In this document: positions 1-10,572 of the stretch, piece by piece
Numbering within the stretch: position 1 is the first letter of the stretch
Layout: each line of letters opens with the position of its first letter
Origin: an uncultured delta proteobacterium
GTDB lineage: Bacteria > Myxococcota_A > Polyangia > Fen-1088
Reading direction: 5' to 3'
DNA length: 64,000 nt
NCBI GenBank assembly: GCA_963767925.1
Contig: CAVYGB010000002.1
Location: 1,056,001-1,120,000, forward strand
Position numbers and translations under genes: made by a program
The notes under the pieces: model-generated
Seen by the model: only the letters and a program-made list of their open reading frames with translations
What the model was told of the DNA's origin: nothing
The model's database searches: none

Positions 1-700
1 TACATGACCCTCACCTGGGCCAACCCCACCCGCTGGGCCGACTCCTCGGGCAAGGAGAACCGGGACCGGGTGCAGGCGCCCGACGGGCTCAGCGACTTCG
101 GCCGCGAGGTGGTGCGGGAGATGAACCGGGTCGGCATGATCGTCGACATCTCCCACGTCTCGGACAAGACGTTTCACGACGTGCTCGCCGTGAGCAAGCA
201 CCCGGTGATCGCCTCGCACTCCTCCTGCCGGGCCCTCGCCGACACGCCCCGCAACATGACCGATGACATGATCCGGGCGCTGGCCCGCAACGGCGGGGTC
301 ATCGGCATCAACTACGGCTCGAGCTTCCTCGACGCCGACTACCGCAAGCGCAACGAAGCCGCCCGCAAGCCCCCGCCCCCCGGCGCCCCCACCGACCCCG
401 AGGCCCTCGCCACCTGGCGCTACGCAGAAGCTGTTCCAGGCCGGCTCCGGAGTGGAGCCGCCGCCCCTGTCCCGCCTGATCGACCACATCGACCACGCCG
501 CCAAGGTCGCCGGCGTCGACCACGTCGGCCTCGGCTCCGACTTCGACGGCGTCCCCAGCCTCCCCAAGGGAATGGAAGACGTCTCCCGCCTCCCCCACAT
601 CACCGAAGCCCTCCTCGCCCGCGGCTACACCGAAAAAGACATCCGCAAGATCCTCGGCGCCAACTTCCTCCGCGTCCTCCGCACCGTCACCGGCAGATAG
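1..700 (+). CDS. Membrane dipeptidase (peptidase M19), 5'-truncated by the window edge, frameshift near 435-450
   Basis: Motifs GLSDFGREVVREMNRVGMIVDISH and ASHSSCRAL..TPRNMTD in ORF 4-, continuing in ORF 452-700 as LIDHIDH..GVDHVGLGSDFDG..KILGANFLRV. Confidence 0.85.
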
Positions 701-714
701 CCGCCTGGCGCCAG

Positions 715-760
715 GCCGACATGCATGTGCATGATCTTTGGCATTCACATGCACATCGGC
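715..760. promoter_or_regulatory. Inverted repeat upstream of vapBC, probable autoregulatory operator
   Basis: GCCGACATGCATGTG (715-729) and CACATGCACATCGGC (746-760) are 13/15 inverted, ending 12 bp before the antitoxin start. Confidence 0.55.
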
Positions 761-772
761 TAGATTTGACGG

Positions 773-1012
773 ATGCGAACGACCATCGAGCTGACCGATC
801 GTCAGAGGGCGAAGCTGCTCGAGCTGGCCGCGCAGCGAAGGGAAAAGGGATTTTCGACCCTGGTTCAGGAGGCCGTAGATCGTTATCTCGCAGAGGAGGA
901 GTCGAAATCGGCCCGGGTCGCATCCGCGCTGGCCCTGGAGGGAAGCTTCGAGCCCGAGCAGGCGGATGCCCTCGAGGAGTCGGTCCATCGGATGCGGAGT
1001 AGCTGGCGATGA
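773..1012 (+). CDS. vapB: Ribbon-helix-helix antitoxin (VapB/CopG-like)
   Basis: MRTTIELTD N-terminus, 79 aa, ATGA overlap with the downstream PIN gene. Confidence 0.8.
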   Translation: MRTTIELTDRQRAKLLELAAQRREKGFSTLVQEAVDRYLAEEESKSARVASALALEGSFEPEQADALEESVHRMRSSWR

Positions 1013-1398
1013 TGCTGGCGGACTCCGACCTGCTCATCGATTTCCTGCGCGGGCGGGAGCCGGGGCTCTCTCGAATGCGGATCGAGATCGGGACCGGGCG
1101 ACTGGCAACGACCGCCATCAGTGCGTTCGAGCTCCTGAGCGGCGCCCGAACCGACCGCGAGAGAGAGAGCGTGTCGACCTTGCTTGCTGCTCTCCAGGTG
1201 ATTCCCCTGGATGCCCCTGCCGCGGCTCTGGCCGCCGAGACGCGCCAATCTCTCGAGCAGAAGGGCGCGGGAATTGGTCTCGCCGACTATCTCATCGCCG
1301 GAGTGTGCCTGTCGCGGTCGGCGATCTTGTTGACCCGGAACCGGGCTCATTTCGAACGGGTGCCGGGCCTGAAGCTCGGAATGTCGACGCCCGGCTGA
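1009..1398 (+). CDS. vapC: PIN-domain toxin VapC
   Basis: LADSDLLIDFL, ISAFELLSG, DYLIAG, LLTRNRAHFERVPGL; 129 aa. Confidence 0.9.
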   Translation: MMLADSDLLIDFLRGREPGLSRMRIEIGTGRLATTAISAFELLSGARTDRERESVSTLLAALQVIPLDAPAAALAAETRQSLEQKGAGIGLADYLIAGVCLSRSAILLTRNRAHFERVPGLKLGMSTPG

Positions 1399-1425
1399 AG
1401 TCGGAATGTCGACGCCCGGCTGAAG
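1376..1425 (+). repeat. Perfect 25-bp tandem duplication across the vapC stop codon
   Basis: TCGGAATGTCGACGCCCGGCTGAAG at 1376-1400 and 1401-1425. Confidence 0.9.
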
Positions 1426-1448
1426 GCGGTCGGGGCGAGGGGCGGGGG

Positions 1449-2961
1449 TCAGATGTAGCGGAGGCCGTCGATGACGCGGAGGCGGCTGGCGCGGAGGGCG
1501 GGATAGATGGTGGCCAGGACGCAGATGAGCTGGGTGGCGGCGGCGACGAAGAGCACCTCGCCCAGGGAGATCTCCACGGGCAGCTCGGCGATCAGGTAGA
1601 CCTTGGGATCGAGCGGGTAGCCGTAGAGCGAGGCCAGGCCACAGACGGCCAGGCCGTAGAGCAGGCCGAGGCCCACCCCGACGAAGCCGACCAGGCTGCC
1701 TGCCACCAGGAACAGGCGCAAAAGGCCGCTCTTGCGCGCGCCCATGGCGCCCAGGATGGCCATCTCGCGCACCTTGGACAGGACGATCATGGTCAGCGAG
1801 GCGATGATGTTGAACGCCGCCACGATGATGATGATCATCAGGAACAGGGCGATGATCAGCTTCTGCATCATCAGCGCCCGGAACAGGTTGTGGTTGAGGG
1901 TCTCCCAGTCGACGATGCGCGGCTCGTAGCCCAGGCGGGCGACGACCTCGGGCTCCGACCTCCAGCGCCCGGCTGGCCCGGTGAAAGCGCAGCTCGACCC
2001 CGAACAGGGTCAGGCGCGAGCCGCCGCGATGTGGCGAGCGTCGGCCAGCCCGGTGTAGGCCAGGCGGGTGTCGTACTCGTGAAAGCCGAGGCGAAACGTC
2101 CCGACCACCTGGAACGAGATACGACGCCGGCTCGGCGTCGGGGTCCTCGCCGGCGAAGGGGACCAGCACGGCGATGCAGTCGCCCAGCTTGGCCCGAAGG
2201 CGTGCGCGCCAGCTCGGCCCCCAGCACGATGCGCCCCACCCAGCCCCCGGTGGGCCCGTCGGTGTCGCGGGCCCAGGCCGGGCCGGTCGAGCACGTGCGC
2301 CGGCTTCTCGAGGTCCTCGACCTTGCCGGCGATGAGCGCGCGGCGCAGGTCCTCGCTGCCGGCCCCGACGTCGACCCCTTTGAGGTTGGCGCCCACCTTG
2401 CCGATCATGACCTCGCCGGCCGAGAGGCTGAACTTGGCCATCTGCTTGAGGCCGGGCAGGCCCTTCAGCTTCTTCATGTATTCGTCGGCCACCCGCTCGC
2501 GCTCCTCCAGGCCGGGCTCGCCGTAGCTCATCACCAGCATGTGGGCGTTGACCGCGAGGACCTTGTCCTCGAACTCACGCTCGAAGCCGGAGGTCACGGC
2601 CAGGACGACCACCAGCGACGCCACCCCCAGCACCAGGCCCATGGTCGAGACCGTGGTGAACACGGAGAACACGCGCAGCAGGGCGAACAGCAGCAGCCCG
2701 AGCCCGCCCAGCAGGGTCAACATCACGCCGAGCGTCTCCAGCTCGCGCGAGTGGCCGCGGCCCCCGAACAGCGCCGCCAGGCCCGCCGCCGTCATCAGCG
2801 CCGTGATCAGCAAGCCCGGCGCGCGCGGCCTGCGATCGGCGGGCGCGCAGCAGGTAGCGCAGCCCCACGAAGCGCTCGAACCGGAAGCCAAGGAACAGGA
2901 CGAGGCTCAGGCCCAGCGCCAGGAGGCCCGAGCCAAGGACGATGCCGACCGCGGTGAGCAA
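1449..2961 (-). CDS. Lipoprotein-releasing ABC transporter permease LolC/E family, split by several frameshifts
   Basis: Fragments FERFVGLRYL, VVVLAVTSGFEREFEDKVL, VVGTFRLGFHEYD, IIVAAFNIIASLTMIV..KVREMAIL and ATIYPALRASRL are spread over ORFs 2575-2961, 2010-2891 and 1449-1871. Confidence 0.85.
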
Positions 2962-3397
2962 GGCTCGGGGAAGCTAGAGGACGCGTGCCCGGGGGTCAAA
3001 CCCCCGACGAAACCTGGCCGCAGCCAATGCAGCGGCCACCCCGTGCCTGCGACACGGGAGCCCTGCCGGCGGGCGCCCCCTTTGCCCGCCGGATGGTGTC
3101 GGTGCGGCGGTCGTCATCTCGGGCCCGCTCCTGCCAGAACCGCAGACATGTCTGCGGCTCTGGGCAGGGGTGCGGCAACCACGCGGGCTCGCCCGGGCGG
3201 GACGCATCCGATAGCGGCAGAGGCTCTGGTGCGACCTTCCCCTCCCCCTACCGAACCGACAGTGCCACCGACCGCGGCGGATTCCCCTGCGCAGCGACCC
3301 CGACATCCGCACCTTCGGTGCGACCTCGGAGGGTGCGCGCAGATCCGGCGAGCTCTTTGCGGGATTGCCCGGGGCGAGCGTCGACCCTCGGCTCCGA

Positions 3398-3649
3398 TTA
3401 CTGCGCTGGCAGACCGTTGCGGATGATCCGCCGCAGGCCTTCGATGGAGAGGCGCGGGCCGCGCTTTTCTTCCTCGAAGATGATCTGAGCCATCGTGGCG
3501 GCGGTCAGATCCTGCTGAGTGGTCTTGTCGATCACCCGGATTTCATCGCCGTTACGAATAAGCCCTGCGATTTGCTGAAGCGTCACATAACGGCTGTCCG
3601 TCGTGTCGTACAGCTTGCGGTTCGAGTACCTCTTGATCGTGCGCACCAT
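3398..3649 (-). CDS. PhaR-like PHA-synthesis regulator DNA-binding-domain protein
   Basis: MVRTIKRYSNRKLYDTTDSRYVTL..IRNGDEIRVID..DLT..TMAQIIFEEE. Confidence 0.85.
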   Translation of the reverse strand: MVRTIKRYSNRKLYDTTDSRYVTLQQIAGLIRNGDEIRVIDKTTQQDLTAATMAQIIFEEEKRGPRLSIEGLRRIIRNGLPAQ

Positions 3650-3818
3650 GCCGTTAATCATTAACCATCTTGCTATTTGCGTCAAGATGTAACTTGACAC
3701 ACACGGTGTGCGCAGTAATTCCCGAGCAACTACGCTGAGTTCGACTGGCTGCGGTGCGTAAAACGCGCCCGCCACGCGTGACGTAGCGGGCTTGTCGGTT
3801 GCGCGTGCTCAGTGCGGC

Positions 3819-4055
3819 TCAGCCGCTCGTCTTGGTGCTCTTCTCGACGGTCGGGGTGGCGGCTGGCGTGTCGTTCTCGGAGATCTCGCCCTTCTTGGGG
3901 GACACGTCGATCTCGTTCTGGTTGGTTACCGCCCGCTTGAAGTTCTTGATCGCGCGCCCGAGGCCGTCGCCAAGCTGGGGAAGCTTCGTCGATCCGAAGA
4001 CAACGACGATGATCAGAAGGACGATGATGAGCTCACTGAATCCCAGATTGGGCAT
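3819..4055 (-). CDS. tatA: Twin-arginine translocase TatA/E
   Basis: LGFSELIIVLLIIVVVFGSTKLPQLGDGLGRAIKNFK. Confidence 0.92.
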   Translation of the reverse strand: MPNLGFSELIIVLLIIVVVFGSTKLPQLGDGLGRAIKNFKRAVTNQNEIDVSPKKGEISENDTPAATPTVEKSTKTSG

Positions 4056-4231
4056 AGGACCCTCCGCGCGTCGGACTTATAGCACCCACCCTGGAGGTGG
4101 GCAAACGTGGCTGTCGGCTGAATGGATGAAGATAGCGACAGGCAAAACCCCTGCGTTCAACGCGGTTTAGCCCGGAAAACCGGCGCCCGCCTGGGTTTTG
4201 TTGCGCTCTCTCGCGGGTTCGATACGATCGT

Positions 4232-6391
4232 GTGTTCATGGCTAGGGCGGCTGCCACCCCCCCTGCACCCGCGGCTCGGGGCCCCGCTCGCGTGGTCACC
4301 GGCATGCCGCGGGCGTGCATGTCGTGGCTCGCGAGGGCGCTGCTCCTGCTGGTCGCCGCGAGCCACGGCCCAGCCCAGGCCGCCAACGAGGCCTCACGCC
4401 CGCCGATCGAGCTTGCCCCAAGCGCAGCCGAGCGCAAGGCCGTACGCGGCAGCTGGGCGCCCGAGCCGTTCGCCACCTGGGAGATGCGCGAGCTCGAGGG
4501 GTATGAACGGACGACGTTCACCCGCGCCGCCATGGCCCGCCTGCGCGTCGCGCGGGGAGACCAGGACGGCGTCTTGCCACCCGGGTTCACCGGGAGCTGG
4601 CAGGGTACCGGCGACGACAGCACCGCCGCTGAAGGTGCCGCGCCGGCAGCGGCCGCGACCGGCGCCGCCGCGGTGGCCACTCCGGCGGCGACCGCGCTGG
4701 CCGATCCCGACCTCGAGATGAGGTGGGACGCCGAGGTGGGCAAATACATCGAATACCTGACGAAAGACGCCAAGGGCCGGTCGGTCATGGCCAGCCTCCT
4801 GCGGCGCAAGGCCCGGCGCGAGCCGGCCATCGCGGCGGTGCTGGCCCGCGAGAACGTGCCGCGCGACCTCATCTATGTGGGGCTGGCCGAGAGCGCCCTC
4901 GACCCGCGGGCCCAGTGGGGCGACGGGACCTCGGGCCCCTGGCGCCTGTCGCTCGAGGCGGCGCGCGCCCAGGAGCTGGAGGTTGGCTTCTGGGTGGACG
5001 GCCGGCGCGAGCCGGAGCTGGCGGCGACGGCGGCGGCCCGGCGCCTGCGGGATCTGCACGTCCGTTTCGGATCCTGGCCCCTGGCCCTGGCGGCGCACCG
5101 GGTGGGCCCCGAAGCGGTGACGGAGCTTGTCGCCCGGCTGCAGACCAACGACTACGAGGAGCTGCGCGATCGGCGCGACGGCCTGTCGCGGGAGGCGCTG
5201 CTGTTCGTGGCGCGCGTGATGGCGACCGCCCTGATCGGCCGCAACCTTGCGGCCTTCGGGTTCGATGAGGGGGACAAGGACGCGGCGGACACCTCCGAAC
5301 GGGTGAGCGCCCGGGCGGGGACGACGCTGGCCACTCTGGCGCGCGCGGCCTCGGTCGGGGTGGAGGCGCTGCGCGCGCTCAATCCGGAGCTGGTGCGGGA
5401 TCGGACGCCGCCCGACCGGGAGACCTACCCCCTGCGGGTGCCGCCCGGGACCGGGCGCATGGTGACGCTGGGGCTGGCCCAGGAGCTGACCCCGGCCGAC
5501 GAGGTGATCACCCACTTTCTCCGGGTGGGTGAGTCGCTCGACGACCTGGCGGGGCGTCACGGGATCTCGAGCCGGGAGCTACGGAAGCTCAACGGCGTGC
5601 GCAACGCCTCCGAGCTGCGGGGCGGGGTGACGGTCCTGCTGCCCACCCGGGCGGGGGCGCGCGGTCGACCGGCTCGGACGGCCAGCGAAGAGGCGCCGAT
5701 GCTTGTGGCGGTCCCCAAGCAGGAGTTCAGCTACCCCGACCGCGAGCGGGTGTTCTACCGGGTCTGCGACGGCGACACGGTCGACGAGCTGGCGGCGGTG
5801 TTCAAGCTGGGCGCCCCGGAGATCGTGGCCTGGAACAACCTCGACCCCGGCGCGCGGCTGCACGCCGGGATGGTGCTGCAGCTCTTCGTGAGCGCGGAGA
5901 TCGACCGCTCGGCGCTGGCCCTGCTCGACCCCGATTCGCTGCGGGTCGTGAACATCGGCTCGGAGGAGTTCCACGACATCGAGACGGCGATGCGGGGCAA
6001 GACCCGCCTGGAGTACACCGCCCGGGCCGGCGACACGCTCAACAAGATCGCCCGCCGCTACGGCCTGGCCAGCGGCGACCTGGCGCGCATCAACCGCTTC
6101 TCCTGGAACAACGAGCTCAGCGCCGGGCAGAAAGTGATCGTTTATTCGCCCCGCTCCGGGTTGCCGCGCGAGCTGGCCGTCGGCCGCACCGCCGCCGTCC
6201 CCAAGCGCCCCGGCACCCCCGGTCTGAACGCCACGAAGGCCGCCTCCGCCGCCACCCGCACGACGGCCGGCAAAGGCGCCCGCGCCGGGGTGACCTTGAC
6301 TCCCGTGCGCAGCCGCGAGGCGATGGCCCCGAAAGCCGCCTCCGCCGCCACCCGCGGCCGCCCGCCCAGACCGGCCGCGCCCCGGCGGTAA
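4232..6391 (+). CDS. MltD-like lytic transglycosylase with multiple LysM domains (start uncertain, possibly 4319)
   Basis: SLT domain (LAESALDP, AAARRLRDL..FGSWPLALAAH), ALNPEL, and LysM repeats GESLDDLA, GDTVDELA, GDTLNKIARRYG. Confidence 0.85.
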   Translation: MFMARAAATPPAPAARGPARVVTGMPRACMSWLARALLLLVAASHGPAQAANEASRPPIELAPSAAERKAVRGSWAPEPFATWEMRELEGYERTTFTRAAMARLRVARGDQDGVLPPGFTGSWQGTGDDSTAAEGAAPAAAATGAAAVATPAATALADPDLEMRWDAEVGKYIEYLTKDAKGRSVMASLLRRKARREPAIAAVLARENVPRDLIYVGLAESALDPRAQWGDGTSGPWRLSLEAARAQELEVGFWVDGRREPELAATAAARRLRDLHVRFGSWPLALAAHRVGPEAVTELVARLQTNDYEELRDRRDGLSREALLFVARVMATALIGRNLAAFGFDEGDKDAADTSERVSARAGTTLATLARAASVGVEALRALNPELVRDRTPPDRETYPLRVPPGTGRMVTLGLAQELTPADEVITHFLRVGESLDDLAGRHGISSRELRKLNGVRNASELRGGVTVLLPTRAGARGRPARTASEEAPMLVAVPKQEFSYPDRERVFYRVCDGDTVDELAAVFKLGAPEIVAWNNLDPGARLHAGMVLQLFVSAEIDRSALALLDPDSLRVVNIGSEEFHDIETAMRGKTRLEYTARAGDTLNKIARRYGLASGDLARINRFSWNNELSAGQKVIVYSPRSGLPRELAVGRTAAVPKRPGTPGLNATKAASAATRTTAGKGARAGVTLTPVRSREAMAPKAASAATRGRPPRPAAPRR

Positions 6392-6546
6392 GTGGGCTTC
6401 GATTCGAGTGGGTCTCACTGGGCGTAGCGATCCCGTGCACGTCTTCCGAGCCGGGCACGGGCACGTCTGACGGGTCCCGTGCACGTTGACGGATCCGTGC
6501 ATGGGCACTGGGCGTCCCCGTGCCCGAGGCGACCGGAAAGCAAGGG

Positions 6547-6660
6547 GGGCAGCGGGCGTTAGCGGCGCGCGCGACCGACACTCTCCAGGCCAGTGTGGAT
6601 CCGGCGCTCCCGAGGACGGGCCCGGCCCGGGTATTTCTCGCGGGCTAGGGGACGCACCCG
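6547..6660 (+). repeat. 114-bp dispersed repeat, copy 1
   Basis: 112/114 identical to 19387-19500. Confidence 0.92.
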
Positions 6661-6748
6661 TCGGGTGGGTAGCATTCGCGAACGGGCAAAGACTCATCGC
6701 AGGAATCTTCTACGTCCGGGATGCCTCGCTTCGATCTATCATCGCCCC

Positions 6749-6985
6749 ATGCACGGCGCTCGCTTCGTCCTTCTCGCTCCCCTGCTGACCTTCGGGCCGC
6801 TGTTCATGACCGGGATGGGCGGGACGATGTTGAATGACCCTGCCTGGTCTCTCCGGGTGGGCATTCCCCTCGCCGGGGCGTTCATGACGATCTTCGGCCT
6901 GGGCTTGCTGGTTCGTATCGTCGGCCGCCAGGCATTGAGGATCGAAGAGCTCACGAACGAGCTGCGCCGTCTGACCGGGAAGTAG
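6749..6985 (+). CDS. Small two-TM hypothetical membrane protein
   Basis: Two hydrophobic segments and a short coiled tail (IEELTNELRRL). Confidence 0.55.
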   Translation: MHGARFVLLAPLLTFGPLFMTGMGGTMLNDPAWSLRVGIPLAGAFMTIFGLGLLVRIVGRQALRIEELTNELRRLTGK

Positions 6986-7053
6986 CAGATCGCGGGCACG
7001 TGCTGCCGAGGCGGGGGGAGCAGCGGACTACCCAGGGAGGGGCAGGCGGGTGG

Positions 7054-7977
7054 TCAGGCGGCCCAGGGGGGCGGGGGGGCTTCGATGGTCAGTGGGATGG
7101 CGGTCAGGGGGTGGGAGAACTGGATGGTGTGGGCGTGGAGGCGAAGGCTCTGGACGTCCAGGGCGGCGGCGAGCTGGCGGGTGTTGTCGTCGCTGTAGAG
7201 CGGGTCGCCGAGGACGGGCCAGCCGGCATAGGCGAGGTGGGCGCGGACCTGGTGGGGGCGGCCGCGGGTGAGGGTGGCCTGGACCAGGGTGGTGCGATCG
7301 CGGAGGGCGACGACCTTGATCGCGGTGCGGGCGGGGAGCATGCCGCGGCCGGTGCCGACGCGGACGCGATCGCCGCGCCGACCGACCCGGCCGATGGCGG
7401 CGTCGATCACCGTGTCGGTCGCGGTGCCGGCGACCTCGGCGAGGTAGGTCTTCTCGCAGCCGCCGCCGAGGGTCTCGTGCAGGGGCGTCCAGAGGCCACG
7501 CTGGCGGGCCGCGATGAGCACCCCGCTGGTGCCGACGTCGAGCCGGTGAACCAGCCCCCCTTCGCGCGGGTCGGGTGACGCCCCGGCGCACTCGGGAAAT
7601 CGCGCGACGAGCCCCGAGGCCAGCGTGCCGCGCTCGCCGGCCCGGAGCGGATGGGAAGGCATCCCCGCTGGCTTGGCCACCGCCACCAGCGCCTCGTCCT
7701 GGTACAGCACCGTCAGGACCACGCTGGCATCTGCCTCGATGGCCACCCGTTCGCCGGGAGCCGGCACGGGCGCCGCGCCCACCACCCGCACCACCTGCCC
7801 CGCCACCAGCCGCTCCCCCTTGCGCGCCACCCGCCCATCGACCCGCACCGCCGCCCCCGCCTCCGCGAGGAACCGCCGCGCCGCCGCCGCGCTGGCAAAC
7901 AGCCCCCGCCGCACGAGAAAAGCATCAACCCGCACGCCCGCCTCCCCCACCTCGACCGTCAGCTCACGCTCACTCAT
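7054..7977 (-). CDS. RluA/RluD-family pseudouridine synthase
   Basis: S4-like N-terminus, VAKPAGMPSHP, LVHRLDVGTSG, GRPHQVRAHL, GDPLY, LHA. Confidence 0.92.
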   Translation of the reverse strand: MSERELTVEVGEAGVRVDAFLVRRGLFASAAAARRFLAEAGAAVRVDGRVARKGERLVAGQVVRVVGAAPVPAPGERVAIEADASVVLTVLYQDEALVAVAKPAGMPSHPLRAGERGTLASGLVARFPECAGASPDPREGGLVHRLDVGTSGVLIAARQRGLWTPLHETLGGGCEKTYLAEVAGTATDTVIDAAIGRVGRRGDRVRVGTGRGMLPARTAIKVVALRDRTTLVQATLTRGRPHQVRAHLAYAGWPVLGDPLYSDDNTRQLAAALDVQSLRLHAHTIQFSHPLTAIPLTIEAPPPPWAA

Positions 7978-8204
7978 TGCAAATCCAGCTCTCCGCCCTT
8001 CATACAGCACAACCCCACCCCCGCCCATACCGCGACATGCTGTCGGCCAGGCCCGGGCCCGCACCAGCAGGTCGACGTGGGCGGCGATCTGCGACAGGAA
8101 CACGCGGCCCGACCGGCGGAGTTGCCGCCGCCCACCAGGTCCGCGGTCCGGGCTCGCGGCTTCGCGGCCGGGTCGTCTATAGTCGGCGCCGGTAGCCTCG
8201 CTCC

Positions 8205-9296
8205 ATGCCCACGAGTCCCTCCCCGCCCGCCACCCGCCGCCCCCGCATCCGGCGCGCCTTCATCGTCATCGCCGCTGCGATCATCCTGGTGCCGGCCACC
8301 GTGACCGGCGTGGGCTGTGCGCTCTCCGGGCCGGTGCACACCGGGCCGCGTTCGGATCACTTCGATGGGGAGCGCTTCGTCAACATGCGCGCGGTCCCCC
8401 ACGGCGGCTTCGGCGACTTCTTGCGCTGGCAATGGAGCCGCGAGCGGGGACCCTGGACCCGCCGCGACGGCGCCGCCGGCCCGCGACCGCCCACCCGCGT
8501 CCCCCGCGGCGACATGCGCATCACCTTCGTCAACCACGCCACCACGCTCTTGCAGCTCGATGGCCTCAACCTGCTCACCGACCCGATCTGGTCAGAGCGC
8601 TGCAGCCCCTTCTCCTGGATCGGCCCGCGCCGCCAGCAGCCGCCCGGCGTGCGCTTCGAAGATCTGCCGCCCATCGACGCGGTGGTGATCAGCCACAACC
8701 ACTACGACCACCTCGACCTGCCCACCCTGCGCCGCCTCGCCGACAGCCACCGCCCGCGCTTCTTCGTCGGCCTGGGCAACCGCGCCCTGCTCGAGAAGGC
8801 CGGCATCGCCCGGGTCACCGAGATCGACTGGTGGGAGACCGTGCGGCTCGATGGCGACGTGCAGGTGACCGGCGTCCCCGCCCAGCACTTCTCGAACCGA
8901 GGCCTGTTCGACCGCGACGGCACCCTCTGGCTCGGCTACCTGGTCCGCGGTCCGGCCGGCTCGGCCTTCTTCGCCGGAGACACCGGCGCCGGCCCCCACT
9001 TCGCCGAGATCCGCCGCCGCTACGGCTCGCCCCGGCTGGCCATCTTGCCCATCGGCGCCTTCCGGCCCGAGTGGTTCATGGCCGGCGTCCACGTCTCGCC
9101 CGAGGAGGCGGTCGTCGCCCACGAGACCCTCGGCGCCGGAACCAGCGTGGGCATCCACTTCGGCACCTTCCCCCTCGCCGACGACGGCCAGGACGAACCG
9201 CCGCTCGCCTTGCGGGCCGCCCTCGCCCGGCGCCCCGAGGGCCAGCGCCCCCGGTTCCTCGTGCTGGCGCCGGGCGAAGGTCGCACCCTGGATTGA
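8205..9296 (+). CDS. Metallo-beta-lactamase-fold hydrolase (NAPE-PLD/RomA-like)
   Basis: LTDPIWSER, ISHNHYDHLD, FAGDT, LPIGA, IHFGTF; N-terminal membrane or lipoprotein segment. Confidence 0.9.
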   Translation: MPTSPSPPATRRPRIRRAFIVIAAAIILVPATVTGVGCALSGPVHTGPRSDHFDGERFVNMRAVPHGGFGDFLRWQWSRERGPWTRRDGAAGPRPPTRVPRGDMRITFVNHATTLLQLDGLNLLTDPIWSERCSPFSWIGPRRQQPPGVRFEDLPPIDAVVISHNHYDHLDLPTLRRLADSHRPRFFVGLGNRALLEKAGIARVTEIDWWETVRLDGDVQVTGVPAQHFSNRGLFDRDGTLWLGYLVRGPAGSAFFAGDTGAGPHFAEIRRRYGSPRLAILPIGAFRPEWFMAGVHVSPEEAVVAHETLGAGTSVGIHFGTFPLADDGQDEPPLALRAALARRPEGQRPRFLVLAPGEGRTLD

Positions 9297-9384
9297 CCGG
9301 CGCGGCCGGGCGCTCCCGGCCGCCCCGGTCGCTGCGCCAGGGACTGTCTTCGAAGTCGGGTTCCCTCGCTTCGCTCGGGCCCGA

Positions 9385-10572
9385 CTAGTTGTTCAGCTCG
9401 CCGTGGGCCACGACCTCGAACGCGCTCGCCGGCACGTCGGCCAGCTCGGAGATCTCGTCGTCGTTCCAGGCCGGGTTGGCCTCGCCGGTGATGAACCAGT
9501 CGCCGCCGTTGTCCGCCAGGAACATGCCGTACTCCTTGAGCGCCGTGAGGATCACGCGGGCGGTGGGACCGAACCCGCTGACGTCGAAGTCGGCCTTGAG
9601 GCGCACGCGCAGGCCCATCGGGGGCAGCGCCGGATCGGTCGAGGGGCTGGCGAAGTGGCGGGCGGGCGCCACGTAGGCCCGCTGGGTGCGCTGCACGGTG
9701 AAGCGCAGGGCGTGGGCGATGCGACCGGCCTTCACCTCGTCGTGGCGGATCAGCCCCGGCAAGATGGGCAAGCCGGCAGCGTCGGCGCTGGTCCAGCCCG
9801 CCGGGCGCAGGCCGTTCGAGCGCAGGTCGAAGATGGCGCCCGATCCGGCGTGCCAGCCGGCCCCGTTGCGGTTCGTGTCGAAGGTCTCGTAGAGCGTGCA
9901 GCTATCGCGCTCGACGACGAGGATGTGCCGATCGCTGCCGAGCTCGACGGGGGCGTCGGCCGGGATCGGGTAGGGGCCGGGGTCGCTCTCGTCCTCGTAG
10001 TCGAACGACATCGGCACCTGCGCCTGCGAGCCGGGCACGACGATGAAGGGGATCCCATATTCGCCGTCGCCGCCGAAGTCGGCGTGAAGGAAGCGGCCGC
10101 CGGCGTTCATGGCGGCCATGTACTCCTCGGAGCGCGGGTCGACGGGGTCGTCGCTCACCTTCTGATTCCAGGGGTTGCTGGCCGGGAAGATCGGGCAGCC
10201 AGCGAGGCTGGGGCCGCCCTGCGCCGGGGGCGGGGGAGCCGGGGGAGTGGGGGGCGGGGGAGCCGGGGGAGTGGGCGCCGGCGGCGTCGGCGGCTCCTCG
10301 GGCGGAGTGGGCGCGGGGGCCGGCTCTTCAGGGGGAGTCGGCGCAGGCGGGGTAGGGGCGGGGGGCGTCGTGCAATCGGGAAGCGCGGACACCGGGAGCG
10401 GCGCCGACGCCGCCGGGACCTCCCCCGTCGCGCGCCGCTCGCCGCTGGCACTGCGGACGCTTTCACTGTACCGGTCGACCGCACCGGGCGCGCAGCCGAA
10501 CGCCGCGCTGGCGAGCGCGGCGCCGAAGAGAGAAATGACCGTCTGAGACTTTCTTTGTTGGGTTCGGAGCAT
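9385..10572 (-). CDS. Secreted/lipoprotein hypothetical protein with a Pro-rich linker
   Basis: AAFGC lipobox-like segment, PTPP repeats, then a globular domain (FPASNPWN..WTSADAAGLPILPGL..YGMFLADNG); strong GC3 bias. Confidence 0.75.
   Translation of the reverse strand: MLRTQQRKSQTVISLFGAALASAAFGCAPGAVDRYSESVRSASGERRATGEVPAASAPLPVSALPDCTTPPAPTPPAPTPPEEPAPAPTPPEEPPTPPAPTPPAPPPPTPPAPPPPAQGGPSLAGCPIFPASNPWNQKVSDDPVDPRSEEYMAAMNAGGRFLHADFGGDGEYGIPFIVVPGSQAQVPMSFDYEDESDPGPYPIPADAPVELGSDRHILVVERDSCTLYETFDTNRNGAGWHAGSGAIFDLRSNGLRPAGWTSADAAGLPILPGLIRHDEVKAGRIAHALRFTVQRTQRAYVAPARHFASPSTDPALPPMGLRVRLKADFDVSGFGPTARVILTALKEYGMFLADNGGDWFITGEANPAWNDDEISELADVPASAFEVVAHGELNN

Noticed and set aside
1449..2961. 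Genuine pseudogenisation or programmed frameshifting of lolC/E (likewise the dipeptidase, 49089-51207 and the terminal kinase)
   Set aside because: Multiple small indels in GC runs across unrelated genes, including a normally essential one, are better explained by long-read consensus error. This needs read polishing to confirm.
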